Positions 19,291 to 29,464 of a stretch of DNA of 64,000 nucleotides are shown piece after piece. Numbering within the stretch: position 1 is the stretch's first letter; each line of letters begins with the position of its first letter. Both the position numbers and the translations under genes were made by a program. The DNA comes from Candidatus Melainabacteria bacterium 17Bon1m. Its GTDB lineage: Bacteria > Cyanobacteriota > Vampirovibrionia > Obscuribacterales > Obscuribacteraceae. Location of the stretch: contig JAVLKG010000008.1 of the NCBI GenBank assembly GCA_032128875.1, positions 211,212 through 275,211 of the forward strand. The letters are read 5' to 3'. The notes under the pieces were generated by a model. That model worked only from the letters and a program-made list of their open reading frames with translations, had not been told where the DNA came from and ran no database searches.

Positions 19291-21672
19291 TTGCTGCAGA
19301 ACCGCCCCACCCTCCGCACAATCGCCCTCGCAGTCGCCATCTGTGCCATGTCGACAACAGCTTGCACAACGAGTGCAAACGCAAAAGACAGCCAGAAGCA
19401 GAACTCCTGCCGCCAGAACGACGAGAACAAAGGCGCCGTTGGCGGCAACCTGTCGTACCTGAACGTACTGGGCAAAAACCACTACAAGAGTCACAAAGGA
19501 TCTAAGAGCGTTGCAACTGGTTTTGAAACAGTTGGCGACCACTACTCGACGACATCAGCCGGCCACGGTTACAAAATTGGCAAAGGCGTAGCTTCTACGG
19601 CAAAGCAAGACTCGAAATCCAACTCAGGAAAAGGCAACACACCCGGACTGGGCGGATTCATGAAGGGCAAATTCGATTCTGGTTCGAACAGCAGCGCAAA
19701 CACAACAACAACATCCAACGCCAATTCAAACACCAACGCGGGCAACGGCTCTGCAAACGCCGGATTCGGTTTTGGACTGGGCAATCTGTTCGGCGCTTTC
19801 AACGGCTCTGCAAATGGTACTGCAACAAACGGTTCTGCGAACGGCTCTGTATCCGGTTCTGGAAATGGCTCTGTGAACGGTTCCGCCAATGGCTCGGTAT
19901 CCGGCTCAACCAACGGTTCTGCAAACGGTTCTGCAAATGGCTCAGGCTCCGCCACCAGCTCTGTTTCGGGTTTAATCCCCACACTTAAGCCTATTGAAGA
20001 AACTCGTTCAAATAGCAGCTCATCAAAAGCGCCTAGAGTACCAAGGCTTGGAAGTACTACCCCTCCTGCTCCGGTACAAGATCTTCCAGCATTGTCCGAG
20101 GAGTACATCAACGGAAGACAAATTGACTACGCGGAATACACCAATCGCTTGCAGAGATGGGCAGCAAGCGGTCAAACAACCACTTCTCCAGGCGGCAGCG
20201 GAACCGGCGGTGTTAGACCGCTTCCAATCATCCGCCGCCCAATTCTAACTGCAGAGGAAGAATCCGATTCTAAGAAAAAGCTCCCCGGTGGCGGAGGAAG
20301 TGGCGGTGGCGGCGGCGGCTTTTTGGGAAGCACTAGCGGATTTTTCATGCAACAAGCATGGAACTCGATGAATCCAAAGAGCGCGCAAAACGATGCATCT
20401 CAAACGCGTCAACCAGATCCAAGTAATCCCAATGATTACTATGTCTCACTACCATCCGCTGATCGTACGATGCGCCAGATGTTTGTAGAGCTTGTTCCAG
20501 GTCAAGATCAAAACAAGAAAAACTGCCCTGGCGGTCAATGCGACAGCCAAGGACAACAGGGCAACTACGACCAACTCAAGCCGCAAGAACCACCACAACC
20601 GGTCACCGCTGGTGGCTATGCTAGAGCTGCCGAATACAAGGAGCAAATCGAAGCACAAGTCGGAGATTCGCCAGAAGCCGCGGCCGGAGCAGCAAAAGCC
20701 GGCATGCAAAGCCAATGCCAAGGCGCTGGCGAAGCTGGCGCAGCGGGTTCGGTAGAGGGTCTCGAACAAGCTCTCATGGTTATGTTTTTACCAACCTCGA
20801 CAGTCAATGTCGCCAACGAAGCATCTGGCACGCCCGGCAGCACTCTCACACCATTTCGCCCATTGTCACAAGCGATCTGGATGGTGCAGAAGATGTACAA
20901 GCAAGTATTCATGCCAATGGCTATTCTTCTTCTCCTTCCTGGTGCATTAATCTTGAATCTCAAGGTCATGATTCAAGCTGGCGTGAACAAGGGTGGAGAC
21001 GAAGATTCAACGTCGCCATTCGCTGCCATCATGCGTTCGATGATCGCTGTGTTTCTCATCCCGGCAACACAACTCATAGTCAGCTATGCATCAGACATTG
21101 GCAGTGCAATGACGCATGAAGTGTCAGGTGCTACGAAAGTGATGGCACTTGTTGCATGGGCAAAAACTGCAATGGGCGAGTCGATGACTCCGCTCAATGG
21201 ACAAGCAGCAGGCACCAGCAACATGCAAGCCGGCAAGGCAGTTTTCGCAGCAGTTATGAACACCGTCTCTATGACACTTGCTTACGGATTGCTGATGCTG
21301 ATTGCTTTTCAAATCACCATCATGTGCTACTTGATGTGTATGGGTCCAATTGCCGCAGCTTTCTATGTGTATCCCACAGGGGTAGGAAGGCTGTTTAAGC
21401 CAGTCTTTGCAAACTGGGTCGACGCGGTCATAAACATCGCATTGTGGAAATTCTGGTGGTGCGTCATTGTTTTGTGCATGCTTACAAGAATAAATCTCAT
21501 GACGTTCGTAGACATCAATCCCGAGTGGGAAGCCTACATGTTCGTCTGCTTCCTGGTGATGATGTCTTACGTACCGTTCTGCCCATTCGAATGCAAGCCG
21601 GGCGAAATGGTCGACAAGATATTGCAAAAGGCACAAGAGCTGAAAAAATCCGCCGGTGACCAGAACGGCTAA
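19291..21672 (+). CDS. Large exported low-complexity protein with C-terminal TrbL/VirB6-like multi-TM domain
   Basis: Signal peptide, NGSA/NGSV repeats, poly-Gly; C-terminal TMs with MGPIAAAFYVYP...FANW; TTG start uncertain; VirB6 assignment is inference. Confidence 0.75.
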   Translation: MLQNRPTLRTIALAVAICAMSTTACTTSANAKDSQKQNSCRQNDENKGAVGGNLSYLNVLGKNHYKSHKGSKSVATGFETVGDHYSTTSAGHGYKIGKGVASTAKQDSKSNSGKGNTPGLGGFMKGKFDSGSNSSANTTTTSNANSNTNAGNGSANAGFGFGLGNLFGAFNGSANGTATNGSANGSVSGSGNGSVNGSANGSVSGSTNGSANGSANGSGSATSSVSGLIPTLKPIEETRSNSSSSKAPRVPRLGSTTPPAPVQDLPALSEEYINGRQIDYAEYTNRLQRWAASGQTTTSPGGSGTGGVRPLPIIRRPILTAEEESDSKKKLPGGGGSGGGGGGFLGSTSGFFMQQAWNSMNPKSAQNDASQTRQPDPSNPNDYYVSLPSADRTMRQMFVELVPGQDQNKKNCPGGQCDSQGQQGNYDQLKPQEPPQPVTAGGYARAAEYKEQIEAQVGDSPEAAAGAAKAGMQSQCQGAGEAGAAGSVEGLEQALMVMFLPTSTVNVANEASGTPGSTLTPFRPLSQAIWMVQKMYKQVFMPMAILLLLPGALILNLKVMIQAGVNKGGDEDSTSPFAAIMRSMIAVFLIPATQLIVSYASDIGSAMTHEVSGATKVMALVAWAKTAMGESMTPLNGQAAGTSNMQAGKAVFAAVMNTVSMTLAYGLLMLIAFQITIMCYLMCMGPIAAAFYVYPTGVGRLFKPVFANWVDAVINIALWKFWWCVIVLCMLTRINLMTFVDINPEWEAYMFVCFLVMMSYVPFCPFECKPGEMVDKILQKAQELKKSAGDQNG
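19744..19950 (+). repeat. Intragenic degenerate 12-nt repeats encoding N/S-G-S-A/V/T
   Basis: AACGGCTCTGCA-like units repeated; protein reads NGSANGTATNGSANGSVSGSGNGSVNGSANGS... Confidence 0.8.
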
Positions 21673-21830
21673 AACGCCAACCTGGTGGCACTCTTGCGAA
21701 CATAACCAAATTGTGACAGGGACGTACGCACCTGTTAACTAGCCTCCTTAATATGTAAATCACCTGGAAGGTTGCTGTTCTGCCCCCCGGAGCAACAATT
21801 CGCTTCTTCCCCACCCCGAAGGCTTGCACG

Positions 21831-24800
21831 ATGCGTAAAACAGAAAAAGAAATTGCCGCAATTCTTTTCTCGCTCCTCACAGTTCTCCTCGTTGCTCAAA
21901 GTGCCGATGCTTGGCCGAGAAACACCGGCATGGACAGGCAACAGCAGGACTTCGACAGAGACCACAACCGCAACATTCCGCAAGGCGTAATCAACGCTGT
22001 AAAGTGCAAGACCTGCCCAGCTCAAGACGCGGACGTAGCTGCCGTCGATGACGCAGCATCGCAATTAGCGAACTATGACAAAAACACTCCCAAGAACGTA
22101 GCTCAAAATGCACGTGCCGGTGGGCAAGCTCAAGCCACAGCCGCAGGCAACGCAGCTGGCGACATCGCGAAAAACGAAGCAATTGAAGCAATCGACTATG
22201 CTTCTCGCTTTCTAGTAAATTTCACTACCCAAGGTGGCAACAAGTGGAATTCAATTCGCGACAACATCTTTGTTCCTATGGCAATTCTGCTGCTCTTGCC
22301 GGGCGCAGTGATGACACAAGTAAAAGCAATCATCTCTGCCGGCTCGCCAGCTGTTGCTCCGACCAACCCATTTGAAGGAATTCAGCGCTCGATGATCGCG
22401 CTTTTCCTCATTCCTGGTTCTTACTTAGTAGTCAACTACGGCATCGACTTCGCTAACAGCGTTCAATACACAGTCAGCAGCGAATATCAGCGCTTGTTCG
22501 GCACTAATATGTATCAAGATGCTATCTGCGCAGAGATTCGCGCATTCAGCACAAGAAATGGTGCAGAAAACGAAGGATCGATGAAGGTTCCTCCGGCAGT
22601 TCTCGTCCCAGTCGGCAAAGGTATTTTCTCTGCAGCTGAAGGTCACCTCTGGGGCAAATTGGTTGACCCCTGCGTCGGACTTCTCATGGTTCCCCCCACT
22701 CGCGACGACGCAGCCATGCCCGCAGGCGCTATCGCTGCACGCGCAGTTTTGTATTCCACTAATGCCGGACTTTGCACAGCATGGGCTATTTGCTGCGCGT
22801 TCCAAATGGCATTCATGTACTACCTCTTCTTTGTCGGACCGATCATGGCAGGTCTCTGGGTATACCCAGTCAAGTCATTGCGCGATGCTTTCCCCAACTG
22901 GGTTGAAGGTGTCATTTCCCTGTGCTGCTGGAGCCTTTTCTGGCACACAACCATCATGCTCATCGCCGCGTTTAAAGGAACCGACGATACTGGTTTGTTC
23001 TTCATGACCGCACTCAATTTCCTTGCTACAGCCAGTGTCAAGCACGCTTTCGACTTCGCCGGATTGGTGAAAGCAGCCGGTATGAAAGCGATGGAACTCG
23101 GTGAAAAAATCGCTGCAGAAGCTGCTAAAGGCGGCGGAGGTGGTGGCGGCGGTGGTGGCGGCGGCGGTGGCGGCTCCGAAGAGGGCGGCGAAGGCGACGG
23201 CGCAGAAGGTGGCGGCAGCGCACCTGGTGGCAATGTCCCAGCAGATGGCGGCAACTCCGCTCCTGTTCCTCCTAAAGTCAGCCCTGCCCCGGCATTCCGC
23301 GGCGATGTAAATGTTCCAAAAAGCGGTGCAATGTTCGCTTCCTACAGCCCTAACGGCGATGCACTCAACCCTTCGTTCGGCACTGTCGGCGCTGATTTCG
23401 ACAAAGCAGCCGCCAACGATTACCTCGCCAGCATGCCACCAGCAAAAGACATGGCAGGCAAGTTCGACGTCCTCCCGGGCGAAGGCGCTCAACCAATGTA
23501 CTCTTACGACGCCAATGGCTATCGTTCGTTGGTTGCTAACACTTCCGCAAACGCAGCTACCGGTCAAGTTATCCAGGACGGCAAAGTCAACACAGATTTG
23601 ACCTTCGGCAACTCCAGCGTATACAGCCAAGCGCTCGCAAGCACCGTAACACCTTACGGCATGTCCCTCATGAGCTCATTGCCACCGGCTGAAGCTGGCG
23701 GTTCTATGCAAATGCTCGCAGCAGTTCCGGGCGCAACAGGCAGCGGAGTTGATGCTACCAGTGGCGCAAATGCCGCAACAGATGCCCAACGCGTCGCCTT
23801 CCAAGACCAAGCCGCAGAGTCAGAACGCGCTCGTGTCGCAGCTTATGTTGCAGAGCAAAACAATGTCCGCTCGGCAGCAGGCAACGGTGTACAAGTGGCA
23901 GTCGCAGGCAACAACGGCGGCGGTACTTCATACTACGGCAAAGCTGAAGCAGGTTCTGTCGAATCCTACAGCGCAATGCCAGTTGCACAAGTCGGTGAAA
24001 CAGGCATAAGAGGCGGAGTTGGCTCAACAGGTTACGTTGCATCCACTTCCGGCGGCTCCTACGCTTACGAAGCAACTCCGGTTGTATACGGCAACAGCGA
24101 AAGCGGCGCACCGGAAGTTCAAAACGTCGCATCGCTCGACCAATTCCCGAAAGCAGAACACGCAAAACTCGCAGCAGATCCGGCAAAAGTAGCTGCAATC
24201 AGCTCTATGCCGTTGGTCGCAAAAACCGCACCAGCTCCAGCGCACCACGTACAACCAGCGCAGCAAGTGAAGCACAACGCAGCACCTGTTTACGCTAAGG
24301 CTTCCTACAATGCAGCTGACACCCGCCATGTAGCAGCAATCGATTCGCATCCGGCTCCAATTCATACTGCACAGCATCAACCGGCAACAGTGCTCGCCAA
24401 GCCGGTTGCACACGTTAATGCAATGGCATTGCCGCCAGCATTTGAATCGCACACTGCACAAGCTGAAGGCTATCTTGCACAAACTCCCGTGCACAAACAG
24501 CATGCAAGAACTGTCCAAGATGTAGCGTCTATGACACCCATGCCATTGCCTCCGAGAGCCAATAGCAACGAGCTTATCGCTCACCCGATGCCGACCAACG
24601 TTGAGCAAGTTGCATACGCAAAGCACAGCGCACCAGCTCAAGCGATCTCCTACAATATGATGCCGGCTACAACACACGCAGCTGCACCGGCAACACATGA
24701 TGAGCCAGCCAAAGTGGTCAGCAAGCTCAAAGATGTCGCAGTTTTCGCGGCACATGCAAGAGATACGAAATCCAACGACGAAGCACCGATCACTTCATGG

Positions 24801-25064
24801 TTGCCCGGCACCATGCAAGTTCAAGAACTCGCCCGCTCGGCAGCTCCGCAGCTTCCGCAAGGTGTTGATGCCAATGCCCAGGTCGACGAAGTTTCCAAAC
24901 ACTTCGAAGACACCATCCAAAACTTGACCAACTCTGGCGCCTCGTACGATGTTGTTCAATCGGTGGTCGACAACTACCGCGACTATCTGCGTTTCAAGAA
25001 CACTCAAGGTCGCGAACAACAAGTAGTTGCAGCTCCTCAAGTTTGGCATTCGCTGAACGCATAA
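21831..25064 (+). CDS. Large protein with N-terminal TrbL/VirB6-like multi-TM domain and long Ala/Pro/Gln-rich C-terminal region
   Basis: Shares PMAILLLLPGA, RSMIAxFLIP, AFQ, GPIxA, YP and NWV blocks with 19291..21672; poly-Gly linker. Confidence 0.8.
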   Translation: MRKTEKEIAAILFSLLTVLLVAQSADAWPRNTGMDRQQQDFDRDHNRNIPQGVINAVKCKTCPAQDADVAAVDDAASQLANYDKNTPKNVAQNARAGGQAQATAAGNAAGDIAKNEAIEAIDYASRFLVNFTTQGGNKWNSIRDNIFVPMAILLLLPGAVMTQVKAIISAGSPAVAPTNPFEGIQRSMIALFLIPGSYLVVNYGIDFANSVQYTVSSEYQRLFGTNMYQDAICAEIRAFSTRNGAENEGSMKVPPAVLVPVGKGIFSAAEGHLWGKLVDPCVGLLMVPPTRDDAAMPAGAIAARAVLYSTNAGLCTAWAICCAFQMAFMYYLFFVGPIMAGLWVYPVKSLRDAFPNWVEGVISLCCWSLFWHTTIMLIAAFKGTDDTGLFFMTALNFLATASVKHAFDFAGLVKAAGMKAMELGEKIAAEAAKGGGGGGGGGGGGGGGSEEGGEGDGAEGGGSAPGGNVPADGGNSAPVPPKVSPAPAFRGDVNVPKSGAMFASYSPNGDALNPSFGTVGADFDKAAANDYLASMPPAKDMAGKFDVLPGEGAQPMYSYDANGYRSLVANTSANAATGQVIQDGKVNTDLTFGNSSVYSQALASTVTPYGMSLMSSLPPAEAGGSMQMLAAVPGATGSGVDATSGANAATDAQRVAFQDQAAESERARVAAYVAEQNNVRSAAGNGVQVAVAGNNGGGTSYYGKAEAGSVESYSAMPVAQVGETGIRGGVGSTGYVASTSGGSYAYEATPVVYGNSESGAPEVQNVASLDQFPKAEHAKLAADPAKVAAISSMPLVAKTAPAPAHHVQPAQQVKHNAAPVYAKASYNAADTRHVAAIDSHPAPIHTAQHQPATVLAKPVAHVNAMALPPAFESHTAQAEGYLAQTPVHKQHARTVQDVASMTPMPLPPRANSNELIAHPMPTNVEQVAYAKHSAPAQAISYNMMPATTHAAAPATHDEPAKVVSKLKDVAVFAAHARDTKSNDEAPITSWLPGTMQVQELARSAAPQLPQGVDANAQVDEVSKHFEDTIQNLTNSGASYDVVQSVVDNYRDYLRFKNTQGREQQVVAAPQVWHSLNA

Positions 25065-25355
25065 CATAACGCATGAGTGAACGTCTAGTTGAACGCAAAA
25101 CAGAGTGAAACTTAATTGGAATCAGTTGATCCGAGGCGGCGCCTCAACCTCCTCGAGGCGCTGCCGAAAGATCAGGAACTCTCAAAGGATCTGGAGAGTT
25201 TCAAACAGCTCACACGTGCCATTGCAATTAACCGTACAAATAGTTTTTGACGCTAATCCAATATCACTTGGAACTTGAAGCTACCTCCCGCGTCCTACCA
25301 GTGACCCAAACACAGGAACGGCACATCAGGACGCCGAAAGCGAGGTTAGAGCAGT

Positions 25356-25691
25356 ATGGACGTAATCTACATAGAGCAAATGATCGCCACACTGGAGACC
25401 AAGCGCGACCAGCACTGCTGTGAGAAACACCAAAAGATGGCCGGAGATGGCTGCATGGCAAGGTTTTCGCGCATGATCGACAGTTTGAAAGAAAAGCTTT
25501 CAATTCCGAAACCGACGGCACAGCCGGTCGTTACCGCTCGCGGCGATGAATTGAAGAAGGCTGAAAAATTGAATGCGAAAGCAGAAATGCTGGAACAAGC
25601 AAACGACCACGAAGCCGCAGAACAAGTGAAGAACAAAGCTCGCAAGATCGTGGCTAAAGAACTCAATGAGATGGACGGATTCCCGCGTTAG
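25356..25691 (+). CDS. Hypothetical helical protein
   Basis: 111-aa ORF, GAGG upstream, helical composition. Confidence 0.65.
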   Translation: MDVIYIEQMIATLETKRDQHCCEKHQKMAGDGCMARFSRMIDSLKEKLSIPKPTAQPVVTARGDELKKAEKLNAKAEMLEQANDHEAAEQVKNKARKIVAKELNEMDGFPR

Positions 25692-25824
25692 TCGGTAATC
25701 AGGTTGTAAGCCAGTAATACGTATTCAAAAATGAAAGACAGCGACAGAGCATCGGTGAAGACAAGAATCGCCGGTGCTCCGCCCTTTTCGAGCCCTACTA
25801 CGCTTTTTAGTATCACAGTGAAAC

Positions 25825-25876
25825 AAAAAAAGAAGTTGGGATGGAAGTAGCGAAAAGCTACATTCCATCCCGTTTT
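25825..25876. terminator. Probable terminator between convergent units
   Basis: GGGATGGAAGTAGC-GAAAA-GCTACATTCCATCCC stem with an A-run on the left and TTTT on the right. Confidence 0.6.
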
Positions 25877-25923
25877 CAGTGGAAGCCGACTGCACGTCGA
25901 GGTGCAACCGGTCGCATTTGCGG

Positions 25924-27066
25924 TCAGTCGCCCGTGTAGCTCCAGAGCTTGTCGCGAGGCGCGACGAAGTCCGAAACCATCTTGCGCAGCGCGTCACGAC
26001 GCTCAGCATCGTCGACACGCGACAGCATGACGCCGACGCGGTGTCCATTCGAGTCGCAACGATGCTGCGAGTCGTCGAACTTGGTGCCGCAGTGCACGTC
26101 GACCACGACTTCGAGCTGCCACGCCTCCTTCACGTCAGCGAGAGCCGCCTGCCAGTCCATGCCTTCGACCTGAGAGCGATAGCTCTCGGAGCGCCGGCTG
26201 GAAAGCTGCAGTTCGCGTTCGGCGCGAGCCTTCGCGGACTGCTCGACGAACATCTGCCGCCAGGCTTCGACATCCTCGGGCACCTCACGGCACCAGCGGT
26301 TGAAGCCGGATTCGGCGCGGTCGATGAGCTTCTTCCAGGCGTCGTCCAGATGGTCTCTGCTGACCTCCGGCTTTTTGTCCGCCTTGTAAGAATGCGCGAT
26401 TTGCCGCATCACGGTGACGCGCAGCATGTCGTCGCGAGCCGGGTCACGGTCGAGAACGCTGAACTCGACGAGAGCCGCCCGCAGGGTGTAGCCCGTCAGT
26501 TCGCCGTTCGAGCCGTAGTTGGCAGCACGGGCATAGAGAACACCGCGCGCCGAGCGGGCAGCGAAAACGCGCTGTCCAGCCCGCTCCTTGTCGCTGCCGC
26601 CGGTGGACATCACCGGAATCAGGTCGCGACCGTCGAAGCCGCTCCACACCGCATAGCAGTCGCGCAGCCCTTCGGCGAGGCGATACATGTACGGCGCGAT
26701 TTTGGCGCGATGCTGGACGTGACGGAAGTAGGAGCGCACTCCTTCGACCATCAGAACCAGATTGTACGAGCCCGGGGTCTTCGCAGTGCCCTTATCGCGC
26801 AGCTTGAACCAGCCGGGCTTGGACATGATCGGACCCTCGAACACGCGGTTGGTCTCCCAGTCGTCGTGACGGGCGCCGAAGGGCGCGACGTACGACCGCG
26901 AGGAGAGGTGCAGCGGCTCGAAGCTGTCGCCGAAGGCGAAGTGCTCCGCGCCGGCGGTTGCTTGCTCGATGTACCGATCGGCGTCAGCGCGATTGGCGAA
27001 ACCGAGCACGGGCAACAGGAAGCTGTACGAGTCGGCGGTCGAGGCAAGAGAAACCTTTGCAGTCAT
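25924..27066 (-). CDS. Hypothetical protein
   Basis: GGAGA RBS before ATG 27066; biased codons; last gene of minus-strand operon. Confidence 0.8.
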   Translation of the reverse strand: MTAKVSLASTADSYSFLLPVLGFANRADADRYIEQATAGAEHFAFGDSFEPLHLSSRSYVAPFGARHDDWETNRVFEGPIMSKPGWFKLRDKGTAKTPGSYNLVLMVEGVRSYFRHVQHRAKIAPYMYRLAEGLRDCYAVWSGFDGRDLIPVMSTGGSDKERAGQRVFAARSARGVLYARAANYGSNGELTGYTLRAALVEFSVLDRDPARDDMLRVTVMRQIAHSYKADKKPEVSRDHLDDAWKKLIDRAESGFNRWCREVPEDVEAWRQMFVEQSAKARAERELQLSSRRSESYRSQVEGMDWQAALADVKEAWQLEVVVDVHCGTKFDDSQHRCDSNGHRVGVMLSRVDDAERRDALRKMVSDFVAPRDKLWSYTGD

Positions 27067-27189
27067 CCTGAATCTCCAACGTCTCTCCTTGTGAAACAAA
27101 GCCGGCTGGGTGGAGAGCAAACCCAGCCCGGCATGATGAGTCAACCTTGCGTACGACGCGCGCGTCAGTCTGGCCGACGCGGCGAAGTA

Positions 27190-27567
27190 CTAGCCCGCCA
27201 TCGAGAGCTTCTCGATGGCCTCCGGCAGGAGCCGGATGGAGAAGGGCTTGGCATGCGCGGCCTTGGCGCCGGCGGCAACGATCTTGTCGTTGCAGTCAGC
27301 GCTGATGCCGATGCAGGTGATCCCGGCAGCGACGAGCAGGGGAACGATCTCCCAGCCCTTCATGTCGCCGATGAGATTGCCGTCGACCACGGCGAAGTCG
27401 AACTTCGTCAGGTCGAGAGTGAGGTCACCGTCATTGCCGAAGCCGATCAGCTGACCGCCCTCGAGGGACGCTCCGCCAATGACCGTGACCTCGTGACCGG
27501 CATCCACGAGCGCATCCTCGAAAATCATCTGGTTCAGCGGCTCGTCTTCGATGATCAAAACACGCAT
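27190..27567 (-). CDS. Single-domain response regulator receiver
   Basis: MRVLIIEDE, AVVDGNL phospho-Asp region, IGISA, terminal KP; AGGAG RBS. Confidence 0.8.
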   Translation of the reverse strand: MRVLIIEDEPLNQMIFEDALVDAGHEVTVIGGASLEGGQLIGFGNDGDLTLDLTKFDFAVVDGNLIGDMKGWEIVPLLVAAGITCIGISADCNDKIVAAGAKAAHAKPFSIRLLPEAIEKLSMAG

Positions 27568-27735
27568 GGTACATCTCCTACTCTTGAGCCAAGCAGCATC
27601 CGGCCGCTTGCTCTCGTTGCCTAAAAAACGCCGAACACAATCCGGCAGCGAGATAGTTCGAAAGCATTACCAAGCCTGAGCGCAAGCGAACTTGCGCCCA
27701 GGCTTGGCTTGTCAGGTTAGATTAGGGCGAACACT

Positions 27736-27966
27736 CTAGGAGCTGCGCGCCTGGTTGGCAGGATTGCTGAAGTGACGCTCCGAACCGAAGCCACCCGCAA
27801 GGCGCGGAAGGGGCTCGGTGCTCAGCGGCGGAACGAACGAGTCGGCGATTTCAGCGAGCTGCTGAATCAGACGGCTCTCGCGGCGGGTGTAACGCCGGTC
27901 GTTCTGACGCTTGCCTCCGGTGTTGTTGGCACCGGACTCGGGCGAGAAACGATAGGACCTGCTCAT
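27736..27966 (-). CDS. Small hypothetical protein
   Basis: AAGG RBS; co-oriented in operon. Confidence 0.5.
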   Translation of the reverse strand: MSRSYRFSPESGANNTGGKRQNDRRYTRRESRLIQQLAEIADSFVPPLSTEPLPRLAGGFGSERHFSNPANQARSS

Positions 27967-28288
27967 TGTTTTAAACCTTGTTCTGAGGCAACCGAATGCG
28001 AACTAGCATTCGGGCGCAGTTGTATGGAGCGTCGCGTCAAAGGATTTGTCGCGACGTTTATTCAGATCGGAGAAAAGCATTGTCAGACTTTTGATGTGAC
28101 TTTTGCGAAACACCGACCACAACTAGTTCTCGTCTTTGCATAGTTCGCAGAGAACCAGTCTGAGAATCGCGCGGCAGCACCGCGAGATGCTGAGGCTGGC
28201 TCATTCACTCGGATTTTTGAAACCGAGATCTGCGGGGGCAACCTGCGCATTACGCACATTTTGCAAGTTGCCCCTGCGGTGAACGCGA

Positions 28289-28636
28289 TCATGCCCCGTA
28301 GTAGCCGAGGTAGATCTGGTGGTCGTTGCGGAGCGCGCCGGGCCAAACTTCCCAGCCGTCCTCCTTCAACGCTTTCTTCGCCGCGGCGATTTCGTCGCGA
28401 GTGCAGTCGGCGGGAATCGTCAACAGCACGTCGGGACCTTCGCCGGGGTCGCCCGCGAGAATGCGGTCGTGGTCCTGCTTGAGCCTGCCGACCAGAGTGC
28501 TGACGCCGAGCGCGAAGGCATCGACAACCGCACCACTTTCGGTGGCAAGGCACAGGCCGGAACGGCGGTTACTGAACTGCGGCGCGTCGTTGACATGCAG
28601 CGTCAAACCGCCCCGCACAGCCTTTTGAACTGACAT
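28289..28636 (-). CDS. Hypothetical protein (paralogue of 28709..29059)
   Basis: Shares EGP...T.D.I..A...L...GW...P..L....QIYL with neighbour; AAGGA RBS. Confidence 0.75.
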   Translation of the reverse strand: MSVQKAVRGGLTLHVNDAPQFSNRRSGLCLATESGAVVDAFALGVSTLVGRLKQDHDRILAGDPGEGPDVLLTIPADCTRDEIAAAKKALKEDGWEVWPGALRNDHQIYLGYYGA

Positions 28637-28708
28637 CGTCGTCATCCTTATCGTTCTGAGAAGCTCGGGCGGAATTGCCCGAGCCGGTAATCGTGAGCTG
28701 CCAGCGCC

Positions 28709-29059
28709 TTAGCTCTGGAAGTTCTGCAGATAGATCTGGTCGGAGCTGTGCAGCATGGCGGGGAAGTGGTCCCAACCTTCGTCGCGCAGCATCTTGAGCG
28801 CCTGCTCGATCTGGTCGAACGTGCTGCCGCGCTTCATGTTCACCTTCACGCACGGACCCTCGCAAGGGCGCTCGGAGGTGACGCGGCCGTACTCGCTCTT
28901 CAGATGCTTGACCAGAGCAAAGACGCTCTGCCAGAACGGATCGACGACTTCGCCATCGACCGTACCTTCGTGCACGGCATTGCGGCGAGCGCACAGCTTG
29001 GGCTCTTCGGTGACGATGAGCCGCAGCGCCGGACGCTTGGATTCAGTTTGCAAAGTCAT
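28709..29059 (-). CDS. Hypothetical protein (paralogue of 28289..28636)
   Basis: Same C-terminal motif; AGGTG RBS. Confidence 0.75.
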   Translation of the reverse strand: MTLQTESKRPALRLIVTEEPKLCARRNAVHEGTVDGEVVDPFWQSVFALVKHLKSEYGRVTSERPCEGPCVKVNMKRGSTFDQIEQALKMLRDEGWDHFPAMLHSSDQIYLQNFQS

Positions 29060-29188
29060 GGCAAACACCTATCTAAGATGGTCGGGACCCATTCCCGACT
29101 TCAGGTGTGGGCGAATGCCGGAAGCGAAGCGTTTAGCCTCACTCCCGAACATCCGCCCACGATTCATGCAGTCAGTGACTGCAGAAGA

Positions 29189-29464
29189 CTACGACTCGTT
29201 CTTGTCGCAGCCGCCGCAGCCACAGCACTTGTCCAGGTCGTCGCCTTCACCGACGGTGTCGGGTCGGTCGACGTTGGACATGATGCTCCGCACCAGGACG
29301 TCGGCAGTGGGGACCGGAAGCAGTCCCTTGCCGGCGATGGCGAGGAGGTCGCAGCCGCCATCAGCGCTGACGATTTCTTGCATGCTGCGAATCCCCGGAG
29401 GGGTCGCATCCAGCTCGAAATGTCCGCCAATGCAAAGCGAAATTCGGTCGGACGAATGACTCAT
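29189..29464 (-). CDS. Small hypothetical protein with C-terminal CCGCGGC motif
   Basis: AGGAGTAGGA upstream of ATG; co-oriented. Confidence 0.6.
   Translation of the reverse strand: MSHSSDRISLCIGGHFELDATPPGIRSMQEIVSADGGCDLLAIAGKGLLPVPTADVLVRSIMSNVDRPDTVGEGDDLDKCCGCGGCDKNES

Noticed and set aside
23131-23172. GGC/GGT trinucleotide run (also ~20286-20318)
   Set aside because: Encodes a poly-Gly linker with mixed codons; not a phase-variation tract
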